A stretch of 52,119 nucleotides of DNA from contig JAPEUI010000053.1 of the NCBI GenBank assembly GCA_026025075.1, forward strand, positions 62,001 to 114,119, written 5' to 3'. This DNA comes from Vezdaea acicularis (taxonomy: Eukaryota). A program made the position numbers and the translations under genes. The notes below the pieces were generated by a model. It had not been told where the DNA came from. It did no database searches and saw only the letters and a list, made by a program, of their open reading frames with translations. Positions 11,168-22,924 of the stretch are shown here, in pieces (the stretch's first letter is position 1; each line of letters begins with the position of its first letter).

Positions 11168-12489
11168 TGCGCTACTTGTTACAATCAAAGCAGATGGCCG
11201 GCCTTAGTTATTGCTCGTGCGGCGGAGGAACTTTGCGGTTATACCGAGTTTGCTGGTCAAGTTTTGTACATGGGTCGTTTCGCATCATGCTTTTTTAAAC
11301 GTGCATTGGGACTTGCGGGATGCATGGCGGCCTTGAGAGCACCCACTGGACATTGTCTTTGGGAGCTAAGCGGTTAACAAAAACCTTAGGGTCAATGTTC
11401 CCACAGCGCTCAACTACCTCTGAACCTGTTGCGGAGACTCTGCACGCAACGAATGCTTTTCGACAGAGGCTCAGGAGTGCTGTTTGCCTCCTCTCTGTGC
11501 AGGGACTCTTTTGGCTTAGATTGAAGGTTACATTCCTTAGTCAAACTTCCTGCCTATAGCAATTCAAAGTGCAATAGCAAACCACTGATTGAACCATCCT
11601 CCCATCTGCATAATCAATGCTCTATGCAATTGAAGTGATATTGCCAGGAAATTATTCAATAGATCTAGCCTCCGTTTTGTGGTCTCCATACCCCCGTTTT
11701 AGCCCAAATACAATCCACGCACAATGAGGGCACTAATTAAGGGAGATGGTGGCAGGGAAAGTGGTTTTTATCCATGTCCACTCCAAGAAGCTATCTCTGT
11801 TATAGAAATCATACATAGTAATACAATTCATAATCTAGAGGGTGATTGAGCATTTAGCACCGGTGCTACTCGACTCAAGTACTCCTAGATTATACTTCAA
11901 GCACTCCTGCAAAAAGGAGCATGCTTATCTAGGCGGATCCCTCGATTTTGCGGACCAGTGGAACACAGCATCCTCCTCTCACACTAATTGGGGGCAAACC
12001 CCTATGGATTTTTATGTCCCCTCTTTGGGCCCACATAATACAGCTTTTCGCCAGGTGCTGTGAGGCCATTTGAAACGGAATCGCGTTACACGAGCTCATG
12101 CTTGCAGCCCCTCGATTATGACTTTCTCTCACATGGCTGTGTAATGCTCACAGAAGATTTTCACCTGAAATCTCCCTCATCAGTAGCTTCATAGGAGTTC
12201 ATCCCTCCTGGCTCGTCAAGACGTCAAAATACAAATTGGGTTGCATCCCTCGTCTGGCTAGCGCAAGGTACTTCGACCCTGTGCGCGAACTGTCCTCAAC
12301 TCCTTCGGTCTCACCAATACCTCCCCGCTATTCTCACCCTCCTTCTTGGCCGCGCGACGCACCTTTCTAAGGGAAACTTCTCGGGGAGGCAACCTTAATA
12401 TCTCATCCACGAATAGCTTCAATCCATTGCGTTGTATTATTAGGAAACATATTTCGTGAACCCTACAGCTGGTTGCAGCAAGAGCAGTC

Positions 12490-13699
12490 ATGGCGCAAAT
12501 AAGAGGAACAGCAGGATACAATCTGGGTCACCAAAACCCCTTCGGAGGACCAGGCAGCGCGAGCGCCCAGAGTGACCCAAGTCCCCTCGACCAGATTCGA
12601 GAGCAAACAAGCAAGATTGAGGATTGGCTGGACACAATATCTGAACCTGTGAAACCGTAAGTAATATGGAGTCGCGTGAGACGAGGGGCCACCCCAAGCT
12701 TGAAGCCTCTATATTCTACGAAGTGCACCATTAGAGTCAGTGGCTGACGGTGTGTTTTCTCTCTAGCTATCTGCCTGCTATAGGGCGCTTTCTGATCGTC
12801 GTCACCTTCCTTGAAGACGCCCTGCGTATTATAACGCAATGGAGCGACCAACTGACCTACCTCCATGACTACCGCAAGAGTATGCCCCCCCGATCATACA
12901 GGCTCAGGTGTCCTCTAACAGCCCTTGTTTCTTAGTTCCATCGGGTGCTACGCATCTCTTCCTCCTGCTCAACGTTATCGCCATGACCATCTCGAGCATC
13001 CTAGTCATCATCCGCAAACACTCCGAGTACGCAGTCATAGGCCTGATCGGCGTTGTCATAACGCAAGCCCTTGGCTATGGTCTAATATTCGACATGAACT
13101 TCTTCTTGCGGAACTTGTCTGTTATGGGGGGCTTACTCATGGTCCTCTCGGATAGCTGGGTAAGGAAAAGGTTCGCCCCCGCAGGACTCCCGCAAATAGA
13201 CGAGAAGGACAGGAAGATGTATTTCCAGCTCGCAGGAAGAGTGCTTCTGATATTCCTCTTCATTGGATTCGTCTTTGGGGGCAACAAGGAGAGCAGATGG
13301 GGTATTGGAAGGATACTGGTCATCATGATCGGCTTCGTGGCTTGTGTCATGGTGATCGTGGGCTTCAAGGCCAAATGGAGTGCCGTTCTGCTCGTGGTCA
13401 TTCTGAGCATCTTCAACGTCATCGTCAACAACTTCTGGACAGTACGTTTCGGGAATTTCTTTTCTAGCTCGATCAATATGACCTTGCTGACCCTGCACCT
13501 TGCTAGATGCACCATGCTCATCCGCATAAGGATTTCGCCAAATATGACTTCTTCCAAATCCTATCCATCGTGTGCGTATCAAATTCGTTGCCCCGCCTCT
13601 CATCCCTTGCTAACAGTCTGTCATAGCGGAGGTCTGCTCCTACTCGTAAACATGGGCCCTGGACAATTCAGCGTCGACGAGAAGAAGAAAGTCTATTGA
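12490..13699 (+). CDS. ERV29: SURF4/Erv29 COPII cargo receptor; exons 12490-12656, 12767-12879, 12936-13441, 13507-13571, 13627-13699
   Basis: 'KPYLPAIGRFLIVVTFLEDALRI', 'FFLRNLSVMGGLL', 'YFQLAGRVLLIFLF', 'KYDFFQILSIVGGLL..GPGQFSVDEKKKVY' with a C-terminal KKxx signal. Four GT..AG introns keep the frame. Confidence 0.95.
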
Positions 13700-14477
13700 T
13701 CACGAAAGTGTATCACGACTGGTCTATTAAGCGCCGAATAAAAAGTTTTAAATGTCAACAGAATTCGTAACCATTCAAAGCGATCTCCCTCATTTTTCGC
13801 GCGAGTTGAGGCGTTGGGTGGGAAATCACTTTTATTGCGCCTAGTCGTGCACTCCATAAATCTATAGGCGATGTTGGGCACCCTGGCTCTCTATCAAATT
13901 CAATCGAAAGAATTGAATAGATGCTCCTTAGATTCGCACGTGTAAATACACTAAGAGTCAATAAATCTCTACGCCGTACAGCGTGCACGCAGTCACTTTT
14001 TGTGCTACACGTGTTCCGACATAATGTCATAGATGATCCGCCGGATTGTTCCGATTTACGTCAAGGAGACAATCCTACCTCGCTCTTACTTATGAAATGT
14101 CATGTCCCTCACAGGTTAGATAGCTTATAGAGGGTCTCAGCGCTACGACGACAGGTATTAGGACCTCTGGCGTTCTACAAGAAGCACTCGCGAATCATCG
14201 ATATCGAAAAGCATGTGGGCAAGTTCATGATTGCTACTGTCCATAAGCAAGCATGCAAGAGCATTCTATAAGTTACGAGACGAGATTGCCATAATCCCCA
14301 TGGCCGTAATGGCTCCCCGGTTAAATAAGATCTTAAATACAATGCCGTTATCTTCATTTGTCAAAGGTCCCCAGAAATCCTAAACGCCGCTAGAAGATTT
14401 ATCTCTTGCATACCATGTACTCGAATCAACCTATGCTTTGCGTAGTGAGATGCACCTTGGCTCTTCCCCTATATAGT

Positions 14478-15761
14478 TCACTGCCTTGCTACGCCGTATC
14501 TCTCGTTCTCGGTCCCTGTAGGAACGTTATACCAAGCCATGATCTTTCCGTCCGGCGGGAAGACTTTCATGGTGCACCAAAGCTCAAGCAGGTCGTTCAA
14601 TGGCTCCACGTCTCCCTTCTTCAGTAAGTCAAACTCGCTGCCAACCAAGACAAAATGCGTAAAGCTGCTGTTCAAATGTTTCTCGTTGCTTAGATCATAG
14701 AAAGGTTCCTTGAAATGATTCCAATACATGTGTGCGTACATGCGGAACATCTGCCGGTAGATGTTGCGGCAGTCGGAAAAGAAGTCTTCTGGGAAGCCGG
14801 AGGTTTTACCGATCCAGTCAGATCCTGCGAGCTGGGAGAGAGGGGCGCTGAGACTGGTGGGACCAGCTGGAATGGGTGCTCTTTCGTTGGTCGAGGTGGT
14901 GGAACCAGACGCATAGGTCATAGTCCCGGTCACAGCAGTAGACTCGACAACGAAGCTTTTTTGATCGTGGCATTTGGTTTCGATCCATTGACTGACAAGC
15001 TTAATATACTGTGGCGCCGGGAGTTTCATGGGATTTCGATTGTTGTCGAGCCACGTGTAGGTATGACTTTGAGCAGACGTTAGCCACAAAGAGAATCCGT
15101 GAAGAGAACAAGAATATTCATACTATCCAGCTGACATTGTTGGACAGCTTTCAATGTTACATGCGGGCTGTTTGGTTATCTCGTTTACAATTTGAATTTC
15201 CTCGAGAAGTTTGAGTAGCACCCGATGCTGTTCGACCACTAAATAAGCAAGTAATTAGTATATGCAGCTGTAAATTGGGCAGAAGACACTGAGTACGAGA
15301 TACTTCGATATAGTCCAGGACACCTCTAGAAGTGAAAATGGGACTGCACATGAGGTGGGATGCTCCGTACCTTGATGAGCCAGCCATTCCCCAATTTCGA
15401 TGAGCTTCGGCTTGATCGCAATCGTCATGAAGTTACCCTTTACGATGAAGGTCTGCACCTTCGGATTTAAGAAGAGGGGCTTTGGCAGAATAACGTTTTG
15501 GTTGTCTCTCGTGTCCGTCATGCTGAGTGAAGATGAGAGAGATGGCGAGGTCGAAAGGGGAGACAATCGAGGAGGCTGATTAGAGCTTGGCTGGAAAGAG
15601 GGAATACTCGGAGAAAGACTCGGAATGCCAGGGGGTCTTTGCAGATTGTTTTTATTGTTCGTGGACTGACCGCCCTTGAAGTTCTGACGGACAGAGTTGA
15701 AGAAGGAAGCCATGCCGGCAGGCTTACCCTCAGGGTTCTTTTCCTTTCTGCTATTAGACAT
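14478..15761 (-). CDS. MOB2: MOB kinase activator (Mob2-like, RAM/Cbk1-COT1 pathway); exons 15761-15371, 15238-15124, 15066-14478
   Basis: 'IVKGNFMTI..KPK.IE.GEWLAHQVVE', 'C....CPTMSAG.HTYTW', 'LPAPQYI', 'YRQMFRMYAHMYWNHF', 'HLNS.F.HF'. The start may be 15761 or 15713. Confidence 0.88.
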
Positions 15762-16496
15762 TGGTCTTGTAGACTTGAGATATATTTGAGACAGGAAAGG
15801 AAATATGAGAAGTGATTTACAAACAGGATAGGTGTGTGCTTGTCGAGGTAGCGCGGCTGAGAAAACGAGAACACAAAAGGTAAGGCTCTCCCTTGCAAGT
15901 TCAGAACAGACAGAATACTCCAGAATCTTGAATCTAGCTGAACACGACAGTAGGTGGGAGAGAAAGCACCCGAAGCAATCGAGAGTTTCGATAGTTGAGA
16001 CGCCGCCGGCACTTTCGAGGGGCTCGAAACTCTCCGCCAATCAAGAGGGTGTTTCAGGACGACTAGCGGATGCAAAAGCGCAACCTTGCAGCGAGCAGAC
16101 CGGGTCCGCTAATCCTGGAACGGCAGCTTAGGCGACCCATTCCTGGAATTCCATGCTCTGACCGCGTCGCGCACATGAAAGAACATTGAGAGACTCGACT
16201 GCACAGACAGCGAGGTGGAAGCCGTGACCAAACCTATGAACAACTGGATACTTCAAGGATCGAGAACAACTCATTGCTTTGTTCCAAGGTTCTTACGCTT
16301 GTGCAAAGCCTAAAGCTCCAAAGGACACGCTCGACACTTCGGCAGCCATTCAATAGCTTCGATTTCGGGAAACTCGACGACATTTCACATAACACTTGCC
16401 TCAATAGCTCCCAGCCACCGCATTGAACACCGCAACGAAAGTGAAACAGAATCTCTTGCACTCAATCATCATCCTTCTCTGACTACAAACAACGTC

Positions 16497-18325
16497 ATGG
16501 ACAACTCAGGTAAGGACGCTTTTCTTGAGCAGACGCTACTTATCGTTCCTGCACATCAAGGCCAACCCCATCAAGCAATATTGGGCGAGCGAGAACTGAT
16601 GAAATTTACAGAAGAAAGAAGCTCAGGCGTCCCATCGACTGATGGTGAGGTAGCGAATGCCTCTGCATCAGAAGACGAAAGTATGCACGAGAATGCTGGA
16701 CCAGATTCGGGCGACGAGGAAGTTATGAAAGAAGATTCCGATGAGGTTTCAGAAGACGAAGAAAATATATCAGCCGCTCCAAAGCGGGCTGCTAGAGGGG
16801 GCGGAGGTACCAATGGAGAGTTTACCAACACTGCAGAAGAGTCAGATGGAGGGCTAGATACACCTGGCTCTGATGGGGAGGGCCTCTTTGGATCCGGGTC
16901 TGAGAATGAAGGCGATGAAAACAAAAATAAACCAAGGTATGCCTCTGAATTCAACGCATGATTATTGAGGCAAACATCTTTTGGAGACTTGAACTAACTT
17001 GTTTTCTTCACTATGTAGTGGCCGCCGGCTTGACGACAGCGAACTTGACTCTGGGGATGACGAAGGAAGAAATGACAGAGCAATGGATGTGGATAACTCT
17101 CCGGGAGTGCAGAGGGAATTAAATGTTATGGAAATGAACCTTGCACGACACACAATTCCGAAGGGAGATGATGGCGAGGTGAGCAATTTCCGTGCTGCAA
17201 ACATTGCATTACTGACATGCCCTCAAGCTCTACACGCTCAAGGTTCCAACCTTTCTCGGTATCGAGCCCGAAGCCTTCCACAACCAAAGGTTCCAACCAC
17301 CTACAACAGACCATCACTCGAATGGTCCTCCATCGGAACAGTTCTCTCCCTACAATGTAGCTCTTAACACACTCCGCTGGCGACGTTCACCTCGCGACCA
17401 CCAAGAGCTTGAGTCTAACGCCCGCATTATACGCTGGAGCGACGGCAGTCTGACCCTCCAACTCGCCAGTAACCCTCTAGAGCAATTTATCCTCCCCGCT
17501 TCTGCTCTAGCCCCACCTCAACAATTCCCTGACAAGCCGACACCTACAAGTAAGAACAAAGGCATCCGCCCGCCACCCGGCACCAAGACACCCTACAATC
17601 CTCAGAAAGACGCTTTCACCTTCCTCACCTCGCCCCACGAAGCAGCCGGCGCTCTCCGAATCACCAACCACGTCACCACCCAGTTGAATGTCCTCCCGAA
17701 CTCGCAAGTCAAAGACGATGCCATCATCCGCCTACAGGAAAGTCTCGCTGCTGCGACGAAGGGCAAGCATAAGAATGGAGAGGGTGGTGTTGGCCACATA
17801 AAGGTGACCGAGGATCCCGAGCTCGAGAAGCGGCGCGCGGAAGCAGCAGAAAAGGAGAGGATGAAGCTGATCAGACGTCGGGAGGCTGCTGAGGCGCGTG
17901 AGCGCGAGCGCAATACTCGAGTCCTTGGCAGGGTTGGTCTTGGGGGTAAAGCGGGTGGCCTTGGCATCGGCGGCATGGAAGCCGAGGAGGAGAGGACGGC
18001 CTTGGGCAGGAAGCGTGCGGCACCTGGGAGCGCGGCGAAGAGGAGGGCTAGGCGAGATGACTATGACAGTGATGACGAGGGTCCGAGGGCGCGAACTAAG
18101 GAAGATGAGTACGACAAGGAGGACGGTTTCTTGGCAGACAGTGACGAAGAAATGGAGTATGAAGGAGACGGGGGGGATAGTGATGAGGAGGATGTCATGG
18201 ACGACGAGAGCGAGGAGGAGAAGAAGAAGCCAAAGGCCGGGAAGGAGAAGGTCGAGAAGGAGGCTACCCCTGTACCCCGAGGTAAAAGGAGAAAAGTCAT
18301 TGACGATGATGACGAGGATGAGTGA
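16497..18325 (+). CDS. LEO1: Paf1 complex subunit Leo1; exons 16497-16509, 16612-16936, 17019-17178, 17228-18325
   Basis: Acidic N-terminus; spliced 'LYTLKVPTFLGIEPEAF', 'NTLRWR..P.....LESNARIIRWSDGSLTLQLA' (Leo1 domain), 'EDPELEKRRAE.AEKER', 'EDEYDKEDGFLADSDEE'. Confidence 0.92.
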
Positions 18326-18502
18326 ATGGCATAGGGTGTGGGCTAGAAATCTCTTGTTGCCTTTTGGCCTTTCCTGGCGCTCTCATCGTTGACAAAAGCG
18401 TGCATCTCGGCGTGAATCAGCACCTAACGTGGACGTTTATCCAAATCAAAGATCCAGGAATAAAGCTTCAATCAAAAAAAGCTCTCGTGTAGTTTAATAT
18501 TC

Positions 18503-20239
18503 CTAAGGTGTAACCAAGCTATTCGTCCGCGCCGCCTTTACGACGCCCGTGACAGACCCCTCTCCGACGCTGTTAGCCCTTAGCCTCTTGACACCAGCAG
18601 CAGTATTCCCCTCAACCGCAGACATCGGTCTCCTCCGCCTGACTTTCTGATATCCTCTATCCAACCTGACCTCTACTGCGCACCTAACCCGCAGCAAACC
18701 GATAGCTGGCCAGACGCTCCGCTCGCCGCGCAGGATCCAATGGTCGAGAGAGGCATTCGTTGGATTTTCGAGCAACTTTACAAAGTCGCTCGGGTTCAAT
18801 TGCGGGACTAGCGTCAGTGACGCTCCCGGGATGGTCTCGTCGATGAGGAAACGGCGGATGGAGCTGGGTAGCAGCCCTAGGGAGTCGAGCTGGGAGAGGC
18901 GATGGTGGAGTTCCATTGTCAGCAGCCGCATGAGGGACGTCGGCATTCCGAAGCGCGAGGGGCGCGTTAGATGGGGCGATTGAAGGTCAGAATGCAAGAA
19001 CGGCACGAGGTATGGTCGTGCTTGGGAGACAATGAAATGATTGACGTTGAATAGCTCGGCGATACGTGCAAGCGGACTGTCGCGGTCCGTATAGACGGTC
19101 GACGTCCAGCTGTGAAAAGTCACGTCCTGCGAAGATGCCCAGGGCACAATTTCGCCCGTATCGGGATCTTTGCACATGAGATGGACTGGTGAGTAGAGCG
19201 TCCCTGGCGAGGAAGCGTTGGATGCTAGCGCAGCGGACCAGATCAGCACCGTAGGGGCAGTGAGATAGTTGAGGAGATTCGGCACGCCTGATTCCGATGG
19301 CGTGGAGACGGTGATGTTCAGAACGCGCTTCGTGCGCGCATAGGCCTCTTCGAAGGTCAGGTCACCCACGTTGGCGCGGACGCACTCCTCGAGCACTTTA
19401 ACGTCGAGAAAGTATCCTTCGCGGAGGAAGCGCTTGATGCGGCGGGTGAGGGTTTGGAACCAGCCACTTTGATTATATGCGATGCTCTCCCCATTTACTC
19501 TCTTTGTATATCTGTTTTTGGAGGAGAAGGCTGTCAGATCTATGCGATTAGAGTTGAGAAACTCTAGCAATTCGTCCTCTGTGTGTATGCCGACTAGGGC
19601 AGCGATCAAGGCTCCAGTAGCAGTGCCCGTAATGATTCGGGGTAAAAGACCTCTTAAATGCAAGGCTTTGACGACACCCAGGTGGCATAACCCGAAGATG
19701 GCTCCTCCTTGGAGTACTAACGTACTCCTTCCGAACGCTTGACGAGTGTCGTGCAATAAGTCGAGCTTTGCCTGGCTGGTGAACCCCGCTTCATTGTTCG
19801 GTGGTGTTGGCAAGCTTGTGACGTGGTCGACTGCAAGTGCAACCTGAGTGATATAGTCCTCGATCAGGATCTTTGTACCGGCGTACGCTCTATTGAAAAG
19901 CCGCGGCGCGGAGATATTCCCGAGGTTGCGGACGAGTCCAGACCGGAGTAGATTGACGAGCGATAGGGTATCTCCTTCATCCCACGCTGATAGGAGAGCT
20001 TCCAGACGTTGATATATGAGTCGGTAGTCGTAGTACTTTGATGTTGGATTCTGGCGCCAGAGATCATACCCAAGAAGGACATCAAGCTGGAACGCCGTAT
20101 CTTCCCACTCTTCATACGTCTGTGCAGCCGCTAGCCTCTCCAACAATACCTCCTGGGGCTTCTTCTGAAAGAGCCATATGAAGAACCGCTGAACGCAGTC
20201 AGTGACGGTGCTATAAGGTATGGAATCAAGATAAGTCAT
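18503..20239 (-). CDS. Patatin-like TGL-family (triacylglycerol lipase-like) protein with degenerate catalytic motif
   Basis: Intronless 578-codon ORF with the N-terminal TGL-type region (YEEW..A..LD...G...WR..P....YDY.LI..RL), 'LVLQGGAIFGLCHLGVVKAL', 'LTFEEAY.RT.RVLNITV', 'LNYLTAP.VLIWSA' and 'ELFNVNHFIVSQ'. Confidence 0.9.
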   Translation of the reverse strand: MTYLDSIPYSTVTDCVQRFFIWLFQKKPQEVLLERLAAAQTYEEWEDTAFQLDVLLGYDLWRQNPTSKYYDYRLIYQRLEALLSAWDEGDTLSLVNLLRSGLVRNLGNISAPRLFNRAYAGTKILIEDYITQVALAVDHVTSLPTPPNNEAGFTSQAKLDLLHDTRQAFGRSTLVLQGGAIFGLCHLGVVKALHLRGLLPRIITGTATGALIAALVGIHTEDELLEFLNSNRIDLTAFSSKNRYTKRVNGESIAYNQSGWFQTLTRRIKRFLREGYFLDVKVLEECVRANVGDLTFEEAYARTKRVLNITVSTPSESGVPNLLNYLTAPTVLIWSAALASNASSPGTLYSPVHLMCKDPDTGEIVPWASSQDVTFHSWTSTVYTDRDSPLARIAELFNVNHFIVSQARPYLVPFLHSDLQSPHLTRPSRFGMPTSLMRLLTMELHHRLSQLDSLGLLPSSIRRFLIDETIPGASLTLVPQLNPSDFVKLLENPTNASLDHWILRGERSVWPAIGLLRVRCAVEVRLDRGYQKVRRRRPMSAVEGNTAAGVKRLRANSVGEGSVTGVVKAARTNSLVTP

Positions 20240-20723
20240 GTAGCGCCCGATGGACTTACTGATCGCCAGAACAGCGCAACATCAAGGAAGACGGCCCAGA
20301 TCAAAGCCAGGAGGCCAAAGAGGCTATATCCGCCTCGCATGATATTTGCAGCTCATTCCTCCGGTATCAGATGACTGCATTAGATCTAAGGTATGTTCGA
20401 CCCGGAAGGTAAGAGACGCCTCAAACCAGGTTTCCTGAGCCGGTGGGTGTGACCTCAACTTTCACATGCGAAAGCTGGGAGAGTCGCGCATGTAGCTTGC
20501 TGCGCTATCCGTATTTTGAGCTACGGTGAGCGAAGAGAGCCTATCGCGATTTCCGGACGCGAACTGAAGCGGTCTATCGCTTCCTGGTGCAGAATAATTC
20601 CAAGCACTTCTACCTTTTTCAGTCCTAGACCCTGGTCCACAGGTCGATACAATATACTCTCCACATTTCAAAAATCTACGTCTACCTCAGTCAAGCTCTG
20701 GTGTAGCAAGCCTAGGACCCAAG

Positions 20724-21123
20724 ATGTCATATTCGCTCCAGTCTTATATAAACAGTAAGCTCTCACTGCTCCATATACTTAAATTGAATGGCCTCTGCCG
20801 CTCTTGGCTAGGGCGCCGTGGAAACATCCAAAATCACTAACTTTGATATAGAAAAAGTCTGTGTTCTCACGGCCGATGGTCGCACACTCGTCGGCACCTT
20901 ACTATCTTGTGACCAGCTTACGAACCTTGTGCTCAACGACACGAATGAACGTGTAATTCGGCCTCGAGAAGATCCTGAAGCCAGTAACGAAGTCTACCAT
21001 GGGCTTTATCTGATACGAGGTGATAACGTCGTGGTCTGTGGGTTGGTTGACGAGGAGTTGGATGCATCAATCAATTGGGAAGAGGTCAAGGGCAACGTTA
21101 TTGGCGGGATCAAGCACTCGTGA
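20724..21123 (+). CDS. LSM8: U6 snRNA-associated Sm-like protein LSm8; exons 20724-20754 and 20852-21123
   Basis: Spliced MSYSLQSYINKKVCVLTADGRTLVGTLLSCDQLTNLVL...GLYLIRGDNVVVCGLVDEELD..INW. Intron 20755-20851 is GTAAGC...CTAAC...TAG. Confidence 0.93.
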
Positions 21124-22924
21124 TCAAGAGAAGAAGCAAGAAGTGGTTCATCGGTACACAAACCCGGCATATTGCCCGCCTGTGCTTGGGCTGTTCAGCT
21201 ATGGGAGTAATGAGTGCTGTTGGATATGAGCTTTTGGCTGAAAATTGAGCTCATCCGTGACCAAGCCAGGCTATCTGGTTGTCGGAGGATAAAGTCTCTT
21301 CTTGGACGAGTCAAAGGGCGCAAACAGAGTTGGAAACGGGATATCAAAGCTCAAGAGCTGAGTATGTCTCGGTCGAAGTATGTTATCGTTCATTGCATAT
21401 ACGTCCAAAGGTCTAGAGATAACAAATTCTACTTCCAGCGGCCAGTGGGGAGATCCACGTTTAGGACGTCTCGACGGATTGATGGTTGCCTTGGGGGGGG
21501 GGAACTACGCTGACCTCGAAGGGGATCAGTCGTTGAAGACATGGCGGCCAGCATTGCCCGCATCCAGAGCCCGGACCAAAGAGGCTTTCTCAATACCTGT
21601 AATCGTATCTTCCTCGGGAGCAAGGTTGTTGGAGACGATGAATAGCGCTCAGGTGAGCGTGTTGGGCTCGCAAGTCGGAAGAATATACCACCAGCCTGTA
21701 TGCCATCGAATTCATTTAATACTGTCGCGCACCAGGCCAGCCAATTTCACGTTATTGACACATCGCCGTGATGGCCTTGACTTGTTGCGATGGTGAGGTT
21801 AGAATCTTGGATCGTCTTGGCGAGCGTCCATCCCGTTTCACGAGAGGGAGCTGACGTCAAGCTCTGGCCCGACCCAAGGGCCCCGCCGTCGTGGTCGAGC
21901 CCGCCCGAGCCCTTGCGATGCTTGACGCTCGGCGAGATGCCTGTCTCAGATCCTCGATAGCCCCTCGTTGCTCAGAATACGATGATGGAGAGGCCATTAT
22001 AAAGCGCCGTCTTCGTCGGCCTCGCGGCTTTGGCATGTCTCTACCGTACAGTAGGTCATTGGAACATTCGGCCTTCGCCCGGTCGTGGCGCCGCCTGCGC
22101 CGACTTGCCCTCTCCGCAGCAGCCTTGGCGCCTGCTCCGGCCTCAAACTCCAATCAGACGCGCCCCCACTCGCTAAAACACAGGCCTGCGATGGCGCCGG
22201 GGCGACCCTAGACTGCCCCCATGCCGACCCTTCGTCAGCTCACTCCACCCTCTTTTCCCGTCCTTGTCGCAACGACCAGGCGACTCGGCACGTACAACGC
22301 TCCCTGACGCAATTGGTCTTGTCTACCCTGAGATTCCTTCATCTTTCGTCTTTCATTGCATCGCGCGGACACTCAGAGCGCGACATCCGCGTATCCCCAT
22401 CTCACTTCAGATCTCCTCTCCTTCGGAACCTCGTCCGCATTTCTCTCTTGTCATCTCCCGCACGTCAATCAGCCGCTTGCGATCTAACGGGCCTTTACTT
22501 GTAGAACAATCTACTCTACAGCCTTCCGAATTTTGCTCTTTCATTCTCTCATACCCACGATCACGAAAAGCTTCACCCTATTGGCGTGGACAGTCGACTT
22601 CAGCTTACGGCGTTGTCAACTTACGTTTCGAGGTGGCTTAGCTTAGCCAAGGGCTAGCAAATCGCATTTCTATGTTCACATAATAGCATCAAAGAACTCG
22701 AATTAAGTTCATAAAGATTCTAGCGCAATAGATCTCCCTCTGACCTCACGTTGCTCCAACTCACGAGCGTCAGACATTTCAAGGTCTCAATACAAGGACT
22801 TGGTTTTGGACAAGGCCGATGCCCGACGCCCGACCCATAACACGGATTGACAGCACTCCTGCTCAGCCTCGCGCTTCTGTTGCCGGCCAATGCCTCAGTG
22901 CCGGCGACCGTTAATCTACGCACC

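Noticed and set aside
15762..16040. Stop-free 93-codon extension upstream of the MOB2 ATG
   Set aside because: No ATG, pyrimidine-rich UTR-like composition and no protein-like motifs.
21124..22800. Several 60-140-codon ORFs between LSM8 and the 22925 gene
   Set aside because: Mostly non-ATG starts, no consistent exon chain and no domain signal; looks like terminator, GC-rich promoter and CT-rich leader.
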